Assembly (NCBI GenBank): GCA_963752595.1
Contig: CAVVYZ010000005.1
Span: forward strand, 224,001-288,000
Length of the DNA: 64,000 nt
Direction: 5' to 3'
From: an uncultured delta proteobacterium
GTDB lineage: Bacteria > Desulfobacterota > Desulfomonilia > UBA1062
Program-made: the position numbers and the translations under genes
Notes under the pieces: model-generated
The model's database searches: none
The model's input: only the letters and a program-made list of their open reading frames with translations
What the model was told of the DNA's origin: nothing
In this document: positions 30,252 through 41,260 of the stretch, in pieces
Layout: every line of letters begins with the position of its first letter
Numbering within the stretch: the stretch's first letter is position 1

Positions 30252-32682
30252 AGTTCTCTTATTGTTCGTCCTTTTCCTTGGATTACCTATGACCACCTTT
30301 TCAGCGGATCTCATAATGAAGACCTCATCGGACAAGATTGCGGGGTACGTTTCGGATGTCCCCTGCATTTCCCTCAAAGATACCGCTTCCGTCGAGGTAT
30401 CCCTTGAAGAATCCGACGGCCTGTTCCGTGTGTTCGATTCCTCGGGTGTGACCTACAGCGCTTCATCCTTTCAGGAGGCTTTTGACGGTTATTTGAGGCT
30501 GCGGAACACGTGTGTAATCCAGGAGATCAAAGTCATCGGCCACAACCGGATCAGCCCCGAAGCGATCCGTTTCAGGATCAAAAGCGTTCCCGGAAATATC
30601 CTGCACAAGCAGGCGATCCGCAAGGACATCGAAGAAATTTATTCCATGGGCTATTTCGAAACGGTGGACGCTTCTTCCGAGAACGGCATCCTGACGTTTA
30701 CGGTAAAAGAATATCCGGTCATCGTATCCATCGACGTGCAGGGAAATACCGAGATCAAGAGCGAGGATATCCTCAAATCGATCAGCATGAAAAAATTCGA
30801 TATCCTCAATACCAAGACCCTCAAGACGAGCATCGACCGTATCAAGTCCCAGTATCGTGATGAGGGATTCTATAATGTGGATGTGGATTCCTCCACAAAG
30901 CCGACCGAGGGAGGCATCGCGCTGACCTTCACCGTGAAGGAGAATAACAAGCTGTATATAAAAAAGCTGACCTTCGACGGGAACGAGCATATCTCCGACA
31001 GCAAGATCAACGGAACCTTGGGGTTTGGGGGTATTCTTGAAACAAAGAACCGCTGGTGGTGGGGGATGTTCGGCCATAACGGCTCCTTCCAGGAAGAAAC
31101 AATGGATACAGACCTCCTCCGGATCGAGCAGCTCTATGGAGACGAGGGCTACATCAAGGCCCGCGCAGGGAGGCCCATCGTCGATATCAAGGAGGACAAG
31201 GGAATCTACATCACTATCCCCATTGATGAAGGGCCCTTGTTCTATGTCGGGTCCCTCGATGTGCAGGGAGACCTGATCAAGCCGAAGGAAGAGCTCATGC
31301 AGGTACTGGGGATCAAGCCCGGCGACATATTACGCAAGAGTATGATCCACAAATCTGTGGAAGATATCAGAAACATATACATGGACAAAGGATTTGCCTA
31401 TGCACAGGTAAAGCCTGACATGACGGAAGGAGAAGGCAACACCTTCAACATAACCTTCCAGATTAAAAAAGGCGAGCCGGTCCATATCGATACCATCCAT
31501 ATCCGGGGCAATACCAAGACCAGGGATAAAGTCATCAGGCGGGAGTTGAAGGTAGACGAAGGTGACCTCTTCTCTTCTACAGCCATCAAGGAGAGCAAAG
31601 ACAATCTGAACCGCCTGGGGTATTTTACGAATGTCAACCTGGAGACGATCCCCAAGGACAAGGATACCATGTCCATGCTGGTGGATGTGGACGAAACGAC
31701 CACCGGCGCCTTTTCCTTCGGGTTTGCTTATTCGAGCGTGGACAGGCTCATGGGAACCATGCAGCTGAGCGAAAACAACCTCTTCGGATACGGGGTAAAG
31801 ACCAAGCTCAATCTCGAATACGGAGGCAGCAGGAAGAGTTATTCCCTTGATTTCGAGGAGCCATGGCTGTTCGATCATCACGTGTCGCTCGGCTTCGGCG
31901 TCTTCAACATGGAGCGGGAGTATACCTATTATACAAAGGATTCACGGGGTGCCAACATCCGGCTCAGCTATCCCCTCTTTGAAAATGTACGGCACTCCAT
32001 CGTATATTCCTATGTAGACATAACGGGCCTCTCCGACATAGACCCTATATACCGGGATAACCTCACGGAAGAGGAGATCAACGGGTATGTAATCAGCTCT
32101 GTCACGAATTCCCTGTACCGGGATACTACCAATGACTTTTTTCGTCCGACGAGGGGTTCCGACAGTTCCGTGTCCCTGGAATATGCAGGCTTGGGCGGCG
32201 ATTATCATTTTACCCGCATGAACGCAAAGTATGCTCAATTCTTCCCGCTGTATAAAGATAAAGTTGCCTTGATGTTGAAGTTCAGATGGGGTAGCATAAA
32301 CCCTGCTCAGGGCGATAAGCTTCCGGAAGACGAGCTTTTCACCCTTGGCGGTTTGAATAGTGTTCGGGGTTTCAGGTATGGAGAGGTCGGGCCGAAGGAC
32401 TCTTTCGGTAATGTCATAGGAGGAAGGCGCATGTTCGTATTCAATACCGAGGTTACCTTTCCCATCGCGGATATACCCGGTCTGTCGGGAGTCTTCTTCT
32501 TCGACCAGGGAAACGCTTTCGACAGTCGGATCGACTTATCCAACTTGAAACGCTCTTACGGCGCCGGTATCAGGTGGGTTACTCCCATGGGGCCGTTGCG
32601 CATAGAGTACGGAAAGGTGATCAGCCCGGAAGAGGATGAGCCCGCAAGCCGGTGGGATTTCTCCATCGGGACGTTCTTCTAA
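30232..32682 (+). CDS. bamA: Outer membrane protein assembly factor BamA
   Basis: POTRA repeats, [26 protein letters not shown]-terminal F; TTG start after GGAGG. Confidence 0.96.
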   Translation: MNPIRCKVLLLFVLFLGLPMTTFSADLIMKTSSDKIAGYVSDVPCISLKDTASVEVSLEESDGLFRVFDSSGVTYSASSFQEAFDGYLRLRNTCVIQEIKVIGHNRISPEAIRFRIKSVPGNILHKQAIRKDIEEIYSMGYFETVDASSENGILTFTVKEYPVIVSIDVQGNTEIKSEDILKSISMKKFDILNTKTLKTSIDRIKSQYRDEGFYNVDVDSSTKPTEGGIALTFTVKENNKLYIKKLTFDGNEHISDSKINGTLGFGGILETKNRWWWGMFGHNGSFQEETMDTDLLRIEQLYGDEGYIKARAGRPIVDIKEDKGIYITIPIDEGPLFYVGSLDVQGDLIKPKEELMQVLGIKPGDILRKSMIHKSVEDIRNIYMDKGFAYAQVKPDMTEGEGNTFNITFQIKKGEPVHIDTIHIRGNTKTRDKVIRRELKVDEGDLFSSTAIKESKDNLNRLGYFTNVNLETIPKDKDTMSMLVDVDETTTGAFSFGFAYSSVDRLMGTMQLSENNLFGYGVKTKLNLEYGGSRKSYSLDFEEPWLFDHHVSLGFGVFNMEREYTYYTKDSRGANIRLSYPLFENVRHSIVYSYVDITGLSDIDPIYRDNLTEEEINGYVISSVTNSLYRDTTNDFFRPTRGSDSSVSLEYAGLGGDYHFTRMNAKYAQFFPLYKDKVALMLKFRWGSINPAQGDKLPEDELFTLGGLNSVRGFRYGEVGPKDSFGNVIGGRRMFVFNTEVTFPIADIPGLSGVFFFDQGNAFDSRIDLSNLKRSYGAGIRWVTPMGPLRIEYGKVISPEEDEPASRWDFSIGTFF

Positions 32683-32704
32683 AAAAATCCAGGAGGATGA
32701 GGAA

Positions 32705-33256
32705 ATGAAACGCTTTATTCTTATCGTCACAGCTTTTATCGTATCCTTCGGCCTGTCCGCACAAGGATATGCAGCAGATTCCAAGATCGTTTACATGGAC
32801 TCCCAGAGGATACTGACCGACTCCGTAGCAGGCAAGGAGGCATACAGCCAGCTGGAGAAGCTTAAAAACGAGAGGCAGAAAGACATCGACAAGATGCAGA
32901 ACACCCTGAAAAAGCTCGGAGAGGAAATCCAGATAAAGGGCCCCACCATGAAAGATGCGGCGAAGCAGGAGCTCCAGGCCAAGTACGAGGGTGAGCTCAA
33001 GAACTACAACCGTTTCGTCAAGGATGCCCAAGAAGAGCTCCGGAAGAAAGAGCTCTCCCTGGTGAAACCAATCAGCGACGAGGTGAACGCCATTATCGAC
33101 GAATACGGCAAGCAGAACGGCATCGACATCATTCTGGACAGACGTGACCCCGGCATCATCTATACTTCAACAAAACTGGACGTCACCGACACCATCCTCA
33201 AACTCTATGATGCGAAGCGCCAGCAGAAGGCGAAGGACAAGGGAGGAAAGAAATAA
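32705..33256 (+). CDS. skp: Periplasmic chaperone Skp/OmpH
   Basis: Signal peptide, KIVYMD.QRIL, coiled coil, LDVTD.IL; follows bamA. Confidence 0.92.
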   Translation: MKRFILIVTAFIVSFGLSAQGYAADSKIVYMDSQRILTDSVAGKEAYSQLEKLKNERQKDIDKMQNTLKKLGEEIQIKGPTMKDAAKQELQAKYEGELKNYNRFVKDAQEELRKKELSLVKPISDEVNAIIDEYGKQNGIDIILDRRDPGIIYTSTKLDVTDTILKLYDAKRQQKAKDKGGKK

Positions 33257-33262
33257 TTCCCC

Positions 33263-34273
33263 ATGTTCCTTTCAGAGATCGCCCGGCGCATTCATGGAAC
33301 CCTTCATGGTGAGGATGGAGAGATATCCGGGGTTTCCACCATCGAAGAGGCGACCGCTGCGGATATCACCTTTCTGTCGAACTTAAAGTACAAGGATAAG
33401 GCAAAAACCACCGTTGCGGGCTGTATCATCGTGGGGGAGGCGCTCGACCTCCCCATACCTCAGATCCTCACATCCAATCCCTATCTGGCATTTGCCCGGG
33501 CCGTTGAAATCCTCATGCCTGAAAAGAGCCATACTCCCGGCATATCCGGAATGGCGTCAGTCCATCCCGAGGCATCGGTGAACCCGTCTGCAACAATCTA
33601 CCCCTTTGTCTCCGTAGGAGAAAAGGCGCGGATTTCCCGCAACTGCGTCCTCTACCCCGGCTGCGTGATCGGGGATGAGGCCGAGATCGATGAATCCACC
33701 GTTCTCTACCCCAACGTGGTCGTCTATGAGCGGTGCAGGATCGGAAAACACTGCATCATCCATTCGGGCGTGGTCATCGGCTCCGACGGGTTCGGGTTCG
33801 TCTGGGACGGCACGCAGCATGTCAAGATCCCCCAGAAAGGCATCGTCATCATCGGTGATTCCGTGGAGATCGGAAGCAACTGTACCATTGACCGAGCAGC
33901 GCTCACGAGCACGAGGATCGGGAATGATGTAAAGATGGACAATCTGGTGCAGATCGGACACAACGTAGTCGTAGGCGACCACTCGATCATCGTTGCCCAG
34001 TCGGGCATTGCCGGAAGCTCCCGCATCGGAAAGTCCGTGACGCTGGCGGCCCAGTCAGGAATCGGCGGCCACATCACCGTCGGCGACGGCTGTGTTGCTG
34101 CGGCCAGGGCCGGGATCGTATCCGACCTGCCGGCAGGAAAGGTCGTGTCTGGGTTCCCGGCCATGGATCATAAGAAGTGGCTCAGGGTGCAGAACATCTA
34201 TAAAGACCTCCCCGAGCTCTTGAAGCGCGTCCGGGAACTGGAAAGGAGGCTCGATGCCCTCTCAAATGATTGA
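33263..34273 (+). CDS. lpxD: UDP-3-O-acylglucosamine N-acyltransferase
   Basis: NPYLAFA, hexapeptide repeats, IGSDGFG and DNLVQIGHNV. Confidence 0.96.
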   Translation: MFLSEIARRIHGTLHGEDGEISGVSTIEEATAADITFLSNLKYKDKAKTTVAGCIIVGEALDLPIPQILTSNPYLAFARAVEILMPEKSHTPGISGMASVHPEASVNPSATIYPFVSVGEKARISRNCVLYPGCVIGDEAEIDESTVLYPNVVVYERCRIGKHCIIHSGVVIGSDGFGFVWDGTQHVKIPQKGIVIIGDSVEIGSNCTIDRAALTSTRIGNDVKMDNLVQIGHNVVVGDHSIIVAQSGIAGSSRIGKSVTLAAQSGIGGHITVGDGCVAAARAGIVSDLPAGKVVSGFPAMDHKKWLRVQNIYKDLPELLKRVRELERRLDALSND

Positions 34274-35036
34274 TCCATCCGCCCGTATCTCCCCCGGGGC
34301 ACGAATCGCGGAAGGAGTGGAGATAGGCCCGTACACCACCATAGAAGAAAAGGTCGAGATCGGTGCGGGCACGCATGTGGGTCCGTACTGCCTGATCCAG
34401 GGCCCCACAACGATAGGCACCGGATGCACCATCACCGGCTATGCGAGCATCGGAACCCCTCCCCAGGACCATTCCTACAAGGGAGAGGATACGAGGCTCG
34501 TCATCGGCAACGACAATACCATCCGCGAATTCGTCACCATCAACCGCGGCACGACCAAGGACAAGCAGGTCACCACCATCGGGAACCATAACCTCATCAT
34601 GGCTTACTGCCACGTGGCGCACGACTGCATAGTCGGAGACCACGTGGTCATGGGCAATCTGGCCACACTGGCAGGCCACGTGGAGATCCACGACCGAGCC
34701 ATCATCGGCGGGCTCTCGGCCATCCACCAGTTCACACGGGTCGGGGCTTATACCATCGTGGGCGGGGGCTCCATGGTGAGCCTCGACATCATCCCCTATG
34801 CCAAGGCTTCCGGAGACCGGGCAGGCCTCTTCGGCGTCAATACCATCGGTCTCAAGCGAGGCGGCTTCAGCCCGGAGCAGGTCAAGAACATCGAAAAGGC
34901 CTACCGCATCCTCCTCAAGCAGGGATTCCTGCTCAAGGATGCGATAAAGGCCCTTGAAGACGAATTTTCCGATATGGCGGAAGTCATGCGTCTCGTGAAC
35001 TTCTTACAATCATCTCGCAGGGGGATTGCACGGTGA
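34266..35036 (+). CDS. lpxA: UDP-N-acetylglucosamine acyltransferase
   Basis: PQD, IREFVTINRGT, HVAHDC, LAGHV and IHQF. Confidence 0.96.
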   Translation: MIDPSARISPGARIAEGVEIGPYTTIEEKVEIGAGTHVGPYCLIQGPTTIGTGCTITGYASIGTPPQDHSYKGEDTRLVIGNDNTIREFVTINRGTTKDKQVTTIGNHNLIMAYCHVAHDCIVGDHVVMGNLATLAGHVEIHDRAIIGGLSAIHQFTRVGAYTIVGGGSMVSLDIIPYAKASGDRAGLFGVNTIGLKRGGFSPEQVKNIEKAYRILLKQGFLLKDAIKALEDEFSDMAEVMRLVNFLQSSRRGIAR

Positions 35037-35959
35037 GCAAGATCAAGGCGGCTGTCATCGGCGTGGGATATCTGGGAAGGTTCCATGCCTTCAAGTATGC
35101 AGCCATGGAGGATGTGGATTTCCTCGGAGTTGTGGATGTCGACCGCCAGCGGGCAGAATCAGTGGCCCGGGAGGTCGGCACACGGGCATATACGGAATAC
35201 AAAGGCCTCTTAGATGAGCTGGATGCAGTGAGCATTGCCGTCCCCACCACCGCCCATGCCGCGGTGTCGATTCCGTTCCTGGAGCGGGGGATTGCCGTAC
35301 TCCTGGAAAAACCCATCTCTGCGAGCCTCGATGAAGCCCGCTCGATCATCGATGCCGCGTCGAAAGGAAATGCCAAGCTCCAGATCGGGCACCTCGAGCG
35401 GTTCAATCCGGCGCTGGTGAGTCTGTCGGACGACATCAAAAAGCCCATGTTCATCGAAGCCCACCGCATCAGCCCGTTCAAGGAACGGGGCACGGACGTG
35501 GATGCGATCCTCGACATCATGATCCATGATATCGACATCATCCTTTCGCTGGTTCCCTCGAAGATCAGCTCGGTCGAGGCGGTAGGGGTACCCGTTCTCA
35601 CGGACTCCGTGGATATCGCCAATGCCAGGATCCGCTTCGAATCCGGGTGCATCGCGAACATCACCGCAAGCCGCGTGAGTGCCGACACCATGAGGAAGAT
35701 CCGGATGTTCCAGAGCAACTCCTACATCTCCATCGACTTTGCAAAGGCTAGCGTGGATGTCTTCAGTCTGGACGAGAACAGGCAGATCAAGCACACCCAC
35801 CTCTCCATGTCCGAATCCGATGCACTGGCAGCGGAAATCAGAGCTTTTATCGATGCCGTCAAAGGGATTTCACCCATAAAGGTCGACGGGGAGGCAGGAT
35901 TGAAAGCAGTCGAGGTAGCTTATAACATTAAGAATTCCATGATCATACCCGAACGATGA
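35033..35959 (+). CDS. Gfo/Idh/MocA NAD-dependent oxidoreductase (GnnA-like UDP-GlcNAc 3-dehydrogenase candidate)
   Basis: GVGYLG..H, EKPI, GHLERFNP and DIMIHDID; located between lpxA and lpxB. Confidence 0.85.
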   Translation: MSKIKAAVIGVGYLGRFHAFKYAAMEDVDFLGVVDVDRQRAESVAREVGTRAYTEYKGLLDELDAVSIAVPTTAHAAVSIPFLERGIAVLLEKPISASLDEARSIIDAASKGNAKLQIGHLERFNPALVSLSDDIKKPMFIEAHRISPFKERGTDVDAILDIMIHDIDIILSLVPSKISSVEAVGVPVLTDSVDIANARIRFESGCIANITASRVSADTMRKIRMFQSNSYISIDFAKASVDVFSLDENRQIKHTHLSMSESDALAAEIRAFIDAVKGISPIKVDGEAGLKAVEVAYNIKNSMIIPER

Positions 35960-37044
35960 AGAAAAAAACGGTATGCATGGTGGCGGGCGAGGCTAGTGCC
36001 GACAGGCATGCAGCAGCCGTGATCCGGGCGCTTAAGGGAACAGTTCCCGGCATCGAGGTATTCGGCATCGGAGGCCCTCAGATGCAGGCAGCCGGCATGG
36101 AATGCATCTACGGCATCGAGGAATTCTCGGTCATGGGGTTCTCTGATGTCATCCCCCGCATCAGGCGCATCTTTTCGGTATACAAAGGACTGCTTCGAGC
36201 CATTGAAGATCGGAAGCCCGGTGTGGTGGTGCCCGTGGACCTTCCCGATTTCAACATGCGCGTTGCCAAAGCGGCGAAACGCACAGAAGCAAAAGTCCTC
36301 TACTATATCGCCCCCCAGGCATGGGCCTGGAGAAGGTACCGCGCACGGAGCCTCTCCCGGATCACGGACGGCCTGGCGGCGATCTTTCCCTTTGAAGAGG
36401 CCTTCTTCTCCTCGTACGGAGTCAATGTCCGTTATGTGGGCCATCCGTTCATTGAGAACCTTACCGGAGCAGTCGGTAAAGCCTCCCGGCCTCCCCGGAA
36501 TATTGTCCTGATGCCGGGGAGCAGAAAGCATGAAATCCGCACAATCCTTCCGATCATGTGCGAGGCCAAGGCTATCGTGCAGAAACGGCACCCGGAAATG
36601 GTCTGGCATTTGAGGGTTGCACCGGGCATCGACCCGTTAGATATCCGGTCCATGGCGGACGGCGATATCCGCTTTTCCACAGAACTTCCCGCCGCCGACC
36701 TTGCGGTGGTGAAATCAGGGACATCGAGCTTCGAGATGGCGGTCCTGGGAATACCGGAGGTCATCTGCTACCGGACGACAAACTTGAACTACCGGCTCGC
36801 CAGGACCTTTGTGAAGGTCGATTACATCGGCATGCCCAACATCATCCTGGGAAGGGCTGCGGTGCCCGAACTCATCCAGGACGGACTTACCGGTGAGGCC
36901 CTTGCGGGAGAGATCCTGACACTCATCGATGACGAGCGACGATACCATGAAATGCAATCCGCATTTGAAGAGATGCGGGCAAGGCTTGGGACATCCCATC
37001 CTTCCAGGGGAGTGGCTGCGTGGATACAAAGCTTGATCGACTGA
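35956..37044 (+). CDS. lpxB: Lipid A disaccharide synthase
   Basis: AGEASAD, D.PDFN, PQAWAWR, FPFE, VGHP and PGSR. Confidence 0.95.
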   Translation: MKKKTVCMVAGEASADRHAAAVIRALKGTVPGIEVFGIGGPQMQAAGMECIYGIEEFSVMGFSDVIPRIRRIFSVYKGLLRAIEDRKPGVVVPVDLPDFNMRVAKAAKRTEAKVLYYIAPQAWAWRRYRARSLSRITDGLAAIFPFEEAFFSSYGVNVRYVGHPFIENLTGAVGKASRPPRNIVLMPGSRKHEIRTILPIMCEAKAIVQKRHPEMVWHLRVAPGIDPLDIRSMADGDIRFSTELPAADLAVVKSGTSSFEMAVLGIPEVICYRTTNLNYRLARTFVKVDYIGMPNIILGRAAVPELIQDGLTGEALAGEILTLIDDERRYHEMQSAFEEMRARLGTSHPSRGVAAWIQSLID

Positions 37045-38780
37045 AGATAACCGACCTCCAGATCTACCGGAGGCTCCTGCGCTATCTCAAGCCTTACTGG
37101 CTCATGCTCAGCCTGTCCATGGCGCTCACCCTCGTTATCGCCGGTACAAACAGTGCGATTGCCTACCTGTTCAAATTCGTAGTGAATGACATCTTCATCA
37201 AAAAAGACGTGTTCATGCTCAAGCTCATTCCCATTGTGGTGATCATCATCTATGCCGTGAAAGCCCTGGGAGACTACTTCAGCTACTTCATCATGTCGGA
37301 TGTGGGCCAGCGGGTGGTCATGAAACTCAGGGATGAGCTCTATGCCCACATCCAGAACCTCTCCCTGCCGTACTTTATCCGCACGCCCACCGGCATCCTC
37401 ATCTCCCGCATCACCAATGACGTGAACATGGTGCAGGCATCGGTCACCAACGCCGTAACCAATTCCATCCGTGAGGCACTGACCCTCATCGGGCTCGTAT
37501 GCTATGCCTTCTATCAGAATGTCGAGCTGGCCTTGATCTCCATGATCGTATTCCCTGTTGTAGTGTATCCGATCACCCAGTTCGGCAGGCGCCTGAAACG
37601 CTATTCGACAAAGAGCATGACCGTCATGGGCAATGTCACGAGCATTCTCGACGAGGCCATCAGCGGGATCCGGATCGTCAAGGCGTACAACATGGAGGAA
37701 CACGAAAAAGAGCGGTTCTCCACGGAAAACCGCAGGTACTACCGCAACTGGATGAAACGCATTGCGGTGAGGGCCGTGTCCGGACCCATGATGGAGCTCA
37801 TCGCCGGCTTCGGAGGCGCCTTCATCCTCTGGTATGGAGGCAGGAAGGTCATCAACGGCGCCATGACCCCCGGTGATTTCGGATCGTTCATCCTGGCAGT
37901 GGGATTGCTCTATGCACCGATCCGCAAGCTCAACAACTTCAATATCGATATCCAGGAAGGGATTGCCGCCGCCAAGAGGATCTTCCAGGTGCTCGATACC
38001 AGGCCCGAGATCGAGGAAAAGCCTGGTGCGGTCACGCTGGAAACGATCAGCGGCGAGTTCGAGTACCGGGATGTCTGGTTCTCATACACAGGAGAAGAAT
38101 ATGCCCTCAAGGGCGTCGACATAAAGGCGGAAAGAGGCATGAGCATTGCCCTGGTGGGAGAGTCGGGCTCGGGCAAGACCACGATCGCCAATCTGCTCCC
38201 CAGATTCTTTGAGGTGACCAGAGGTGAGATTATCATCGGAGGAAAAGACATCAGGGATGTCACCTTCGCGTCGTTGCGGGATAAAATCGCCGTGGTGACC
38301 CAGGAGATGGTGCTGTTCAACGACACCCTCAAGGCAAACATCGCCTACGGCTCGCCGGGAGCTTCCATGGAAGAGGTCGTGCAGGCCGCAATATCGGCTA
38401 ATGCCCATGATTTCATCATGCAGATGCCCAAACAGTACGAAACCGTCATCGGCGAAAGCGGGGTCCGCCTCTCCGGCGGCCAGCGGCAGAGGATCTGCAT
38501 CGCCCGCGCAATCATCAAGAACGCCCCGATCCTCATCCTTGACGAGGCGACTTCGGCGCTGGACACAGAATCGGAGCGCGAGGTGCAGGCCGCCTTTAAT
38601 AAGCTCATGCAGGGGCGAACCACCCTCATCATTGCCCACAGGCTCTCTACGATAGTCGGAGCTGACCGTATCCTCGTGCTGAACAAAGGAGCCATCGTCG
38701 AACAGGGCACCCACCAGGAGCTTCTGGAGAAAAACGGGTACTATGCAAGGCTCTACAAACTCCAGTTCAATCATGCGTAA
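37020..38780 (+). CDS. msbA: Lipid A export ABC transporter
   Basis: TMD + NBD (GESGSGKT, LSGGQRQR, DEATSALD); between lpxB and lpxK. Confidence 0.92.
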   Translation: MDTKLDRLKITDLQIYRRLLRYLKPYWLMLSLSMALTLVIAGTNSAIAYLFKFVVNDIFIKKDVFMLKLIPIVVIIIYAVKALGDYFSYFIMSDVGQRVVMKLRDELYAHIQNLSLPYFIRTPTGILISRITNDVNMVQASVTNAVTNSIREALTLIGLVCYAFYQNVELALISMIVFPVVVYPITQFGRRLKRYSTKSMTVMGNVTSILDEAISGIRIVKAYNMEEHEKERFSTENRRYYRNWMKRIAVRAVSGPMMELIAGFGGAFILWYGGRKVINGAMTPGDFGSFILAVGLLYAPIRKLNNFNIDIQEGIAAAKRIFQVLDTRPEIEEKPGAVTLETISGEFEYRDVWFSYTGEEYALKGVDIKAERGMSIALVGESGSGKTTIANLLPRFFEVTRGEIIIGGKDIRDVTFASLRDKIAVVTQEMVLFNDTLKANIAYGSPGASMEEVVQAAISANAHDFIMQMPKQYETVIGESGVRLSGGQRQRICIARAIIKNAPILILDEATSALDTESEREVQAAFNKLMQGRTTLIIAHRLSTIVGADRILVLNKGAIVEQGTHQELLEKNGYYARLYKLQFNHA

Positions 38781-39726
38781 AGGCCTTTCCGGTCTCTACG
38801 GCCTCATTATCAGCGCCAGGAACCATCTCTATGATACGGGGCTGAAAGCCGAACACGATGCAGGCGTGCCGGTGGTGAGCATCGGCAACATCGAGGCGGG
38901 AGGCACGGGGAAGACCCCCTTCACTATTGCGCTGTGCCGTGAGCTTGTTGTACGGGGCCTTCGGCCCGTTATCGTGACCAGGGGGTACAAGGGCAGGCTC
39001 AAAGGGGTGGTGCAGGTCGGACCCGGCCACGATTTCAGAGATGTCGGCGACGAGGCTCTCCTCATGGCGCATGTTGCAGGAGTTCCCGTAATCAAGTCTC
39101 CCGACCGGGTCAGGGGAGCCCTTTATGCCCGTGACGTTCTCAAGGCGGGCATTGTGCTCCTGGATGACGGCTTCCAGCACAGGAGGATCAAGCGGGACCT
39201 CGACATCGTGCTCGTATCAGGAGATATCTCAAAAGAATCCCTGCTCCCGCTCGGAAGGCTCAGGGAACCGGTCCGGTCGCTCCGGAGGGCGGATATCGTG
39301 GTATATACCAAGGGATCGGGCTGCACCGGCATCCACGCCGAACTCCTCCCCGCCTCCCTGGTGGACGGCTCGGGGAGGATCCATGATCTGACCATGCTGA
39401 AAGGGAAAAAGGTGCTCGCCGTGAGCGGGATCGCCAGGCCGCAGCATTTCATCGCGACCCTGGAAGGATTGGGCGCGACGGTCCAAGGTTTAAGTTTCCA
39501 CGACCACCATGCCTTCACCTCCCGGGATATGGAAAAGATAACGGCTAGGGCTTCCGCTGCAGACCTGATCGTAACTACTGAGAAGGACATGGTGCGTCTC
39601 AACCCATCCATGTTTGACGACAGATGGCTTGCACTGCGGGTGGAGATGCACATAGAAGGAATTGAAACGATCGTCAGGGAGATCGAAGGGATTGTTAAAA
39701 AAAGCGGTATTCCTCGACAGGGATGA
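38773..39726 (+). CDS. lpxK: Tetraacyldisaccharide 4'-kinase
   Basis: SIGNIEAGGTGKTP, RGY, GDE, DDGFQH, LPLGRLRE and TTEKD. Confidence 0.95.
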   Translation: MRKGLSGLYGLIISARNHLYDTGLKAEHDAGVPVVSIGNIEAGGTGKTPFTIALCRELVVRGLRPVIVTRGYKGRLKGVVQVGPGHDFRDVGDEALLMAHVAGVPVIKSPDRVRGALYARDVLKAGIVLLDDGFQHRRIKRDLDIVLVSGDISKESLLPLGRLREPVRSLRRADIVVYTKGSGCTGIHAELLPASLVDGSGRIHDLTMLKGKKVLAVSGIARPQHFIATLEGLGATVQGLSFHDHHAFTSRDMEKITARASAADLIVTTEKDMVRLNPSMFDDRWLALRVEMHIEGIETIVREIEGIVKKSGIPRQG

Positions 39727-40243
39727 CACTATCATAAAAGACAAGGTCTATCTCAGCGATCCGGGCGAGATAGAGATCCTTCCGCAGGCGGCGGACTCCA
39801 TCCGCCTCCTGAACGAACAGGACATCCCGGTGATCGTCATTACCAATCAGTCTGGCATTGCCCGGGGCCTTCTCACCGAGAAAAGACTGCGGATCATCCA
39901 TGAAAGGCTGAGCTCTCTGCTCCGGGAACAGGGCGCGCGGATCGACGCGATATATTACTGCCCGCACCATCCCGAAGGCACGGTCGAACGATATGCCGTA
40001 TCCTGCTCCTGCAGGAAGCCGAAACCGGGTATGCTCCTCAAGGCGGCTAAGGATTTCAGGCTGGATCTTCCATCGTGCTTCATGATAGGCGATAAGCCTG
40101 ATGACATCGAAGTAATACACAACGTCGGCGGGAAAGGCATTCTCGTGCAGACCGGGAAACATCACGATCATAGAAGGGCTGATTTTATTGCCGGGGATAT
40201 TCTCCAGGCAGCAGAATGGGTTCTGAAGGAGATAACCGGATGA
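39692..40243 (+). CDS. gmhB: D-glycero-D-manno-heptose 1,7-bisphosphate phosphatase (GmhB-like HAD)
   Basis: FLDRDDT, TNQSGI, CPHHP, C.CRKPKPGM and MIGDK. Confidence 0.88.
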   Translation: MLKKAVFLDRDDTIIKDKVYLSDPGEIEILPQAADSIRLLNEQDIPVIVITNQSGIARGLLTEKRLRIIHERLSSLLREQGARIDAIYYCPHHPEGTVERYAVSCSCRKPKPGMLLKAAKDFRLDLPSCFMIGDKPDDIEVIHNVGGKGILVQTGKHHDHRRADFIAGDILQAAEWVLKEITG

Positions 40244-41238
40244 GACTTTTTTCAGCTTTGGCCCAGAAGGCCCAGGCTTTATTTCTGAAATCGTTCATAT
40301 ATTTCATAAGGGTCATGCCCTACCGCGCAGCCATAAAAACAGGCCGTTTTTTCGGGATGATGGCATGGATATGCATCCCGCTGCACAGAAAGATTTCCCG
40401 CATCCAGATGCAATCCGCCCTCGGCTCTGGTGACGAAAGGAAACTCACACGCCGGGTCTTCATGAACCAGGGCGATATCGTCGTGGATATGATCAAGTTT
40501 GCCTACATGAGCGCTGATGAGCTTAAAGAACGGGTCATCATCGACGGCAGGGAGAATCTCGCTATGGCCGCTGCATCAGGCCGCGGCGTCATGATGATCA
40601 CCGGCCACATGAACTGGGAGATCCTCGGGCATCTCCCCAGGCTGACCGGCACCGAATTCTGTATCATGGGGGATGTCATCAAGAACGATGCCATCCAATC
40701 GGTTATCGAAGATATGCGCTCGCGGTGCGGGTTTACTCTTCTTCCGCCAAAGGGCGGCATGGTTTCGATGCTCACCGGAGAGCTCAAGCAGGGCCGCATC
40801 ATCGGGATCGTCATCGATCAGCGGGGCAAGCGCGAGAGCAAGCTCTTCTGCGACTTCTTCGGCATGCCTGCCCCCACGAACCCGGCGCCAGCGTTCATTG
40901 CGCTCAAAGGCGATGCGCTCATACAGCCCGTGTCTGCGATCAAGGAGGGAGACAAGTATCGATTCAGTTTCGAGAAACCTATCGATACCAGGGAGTTCGG
41001 GGATGACTTCAAGGCAATCGATAAGCTGCACGACTGCTGGAAATCCGAGGCGGTGCAGAAGGCAAGCGATGCCATGCAGACCTGGCTGTGCTCGGTCGTA
41101 CGAAAAAACCCCGACCAGTGGTTCTGGCTGCACAGCAGATGGCTCAGGAGGTCGGACATGAAGCACGTCCTCAAGTCCGGCAAGGATTTCAAAGAACATG
41201 TCATGGTACAGGCAGACTCTTACCTAAAGCAAGGATAG
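40240..41238 (+). CDS. Lipid A late acyltransferase (LpxL/HtrB family), paralog 1
   Basis: ITGHMNWE, DQR, FFG.PA.T and PDQWFWLH.RW. Confidence 0.88.
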   Translation: MRLFSALAQKAQALFLKSFIYFIRVMPYRAAIKTGRFFGMMAWICIPLHRKISRIQMQSALGSGDERKLTRRVFMNQGDIVVDMIKFAYMSADELKERVIIDGRENLAMAAASGRGVMMITGHMNWEILGHLPRLTGTEFCIMGDVIKNDAIQSVIEDMRSRCGFTLLPPKGGMVSMLTGELKQGRIIGIVIDQRGKRESKLFCDFFGMPAPTNPAPAFIALKGDALIQPVSAIKEGDKYRFSFEKPIDTREFGDDFKAIDKLHDCWKSEAVQKASDAMQTWLCSVVRKNPDQWFWLHSRWLRRSDMKHVLKSGKDFKEHVMVQADSYLKQG

Positions 41239-41260
41239 TGTATTATAAGCAGGAATTGTC

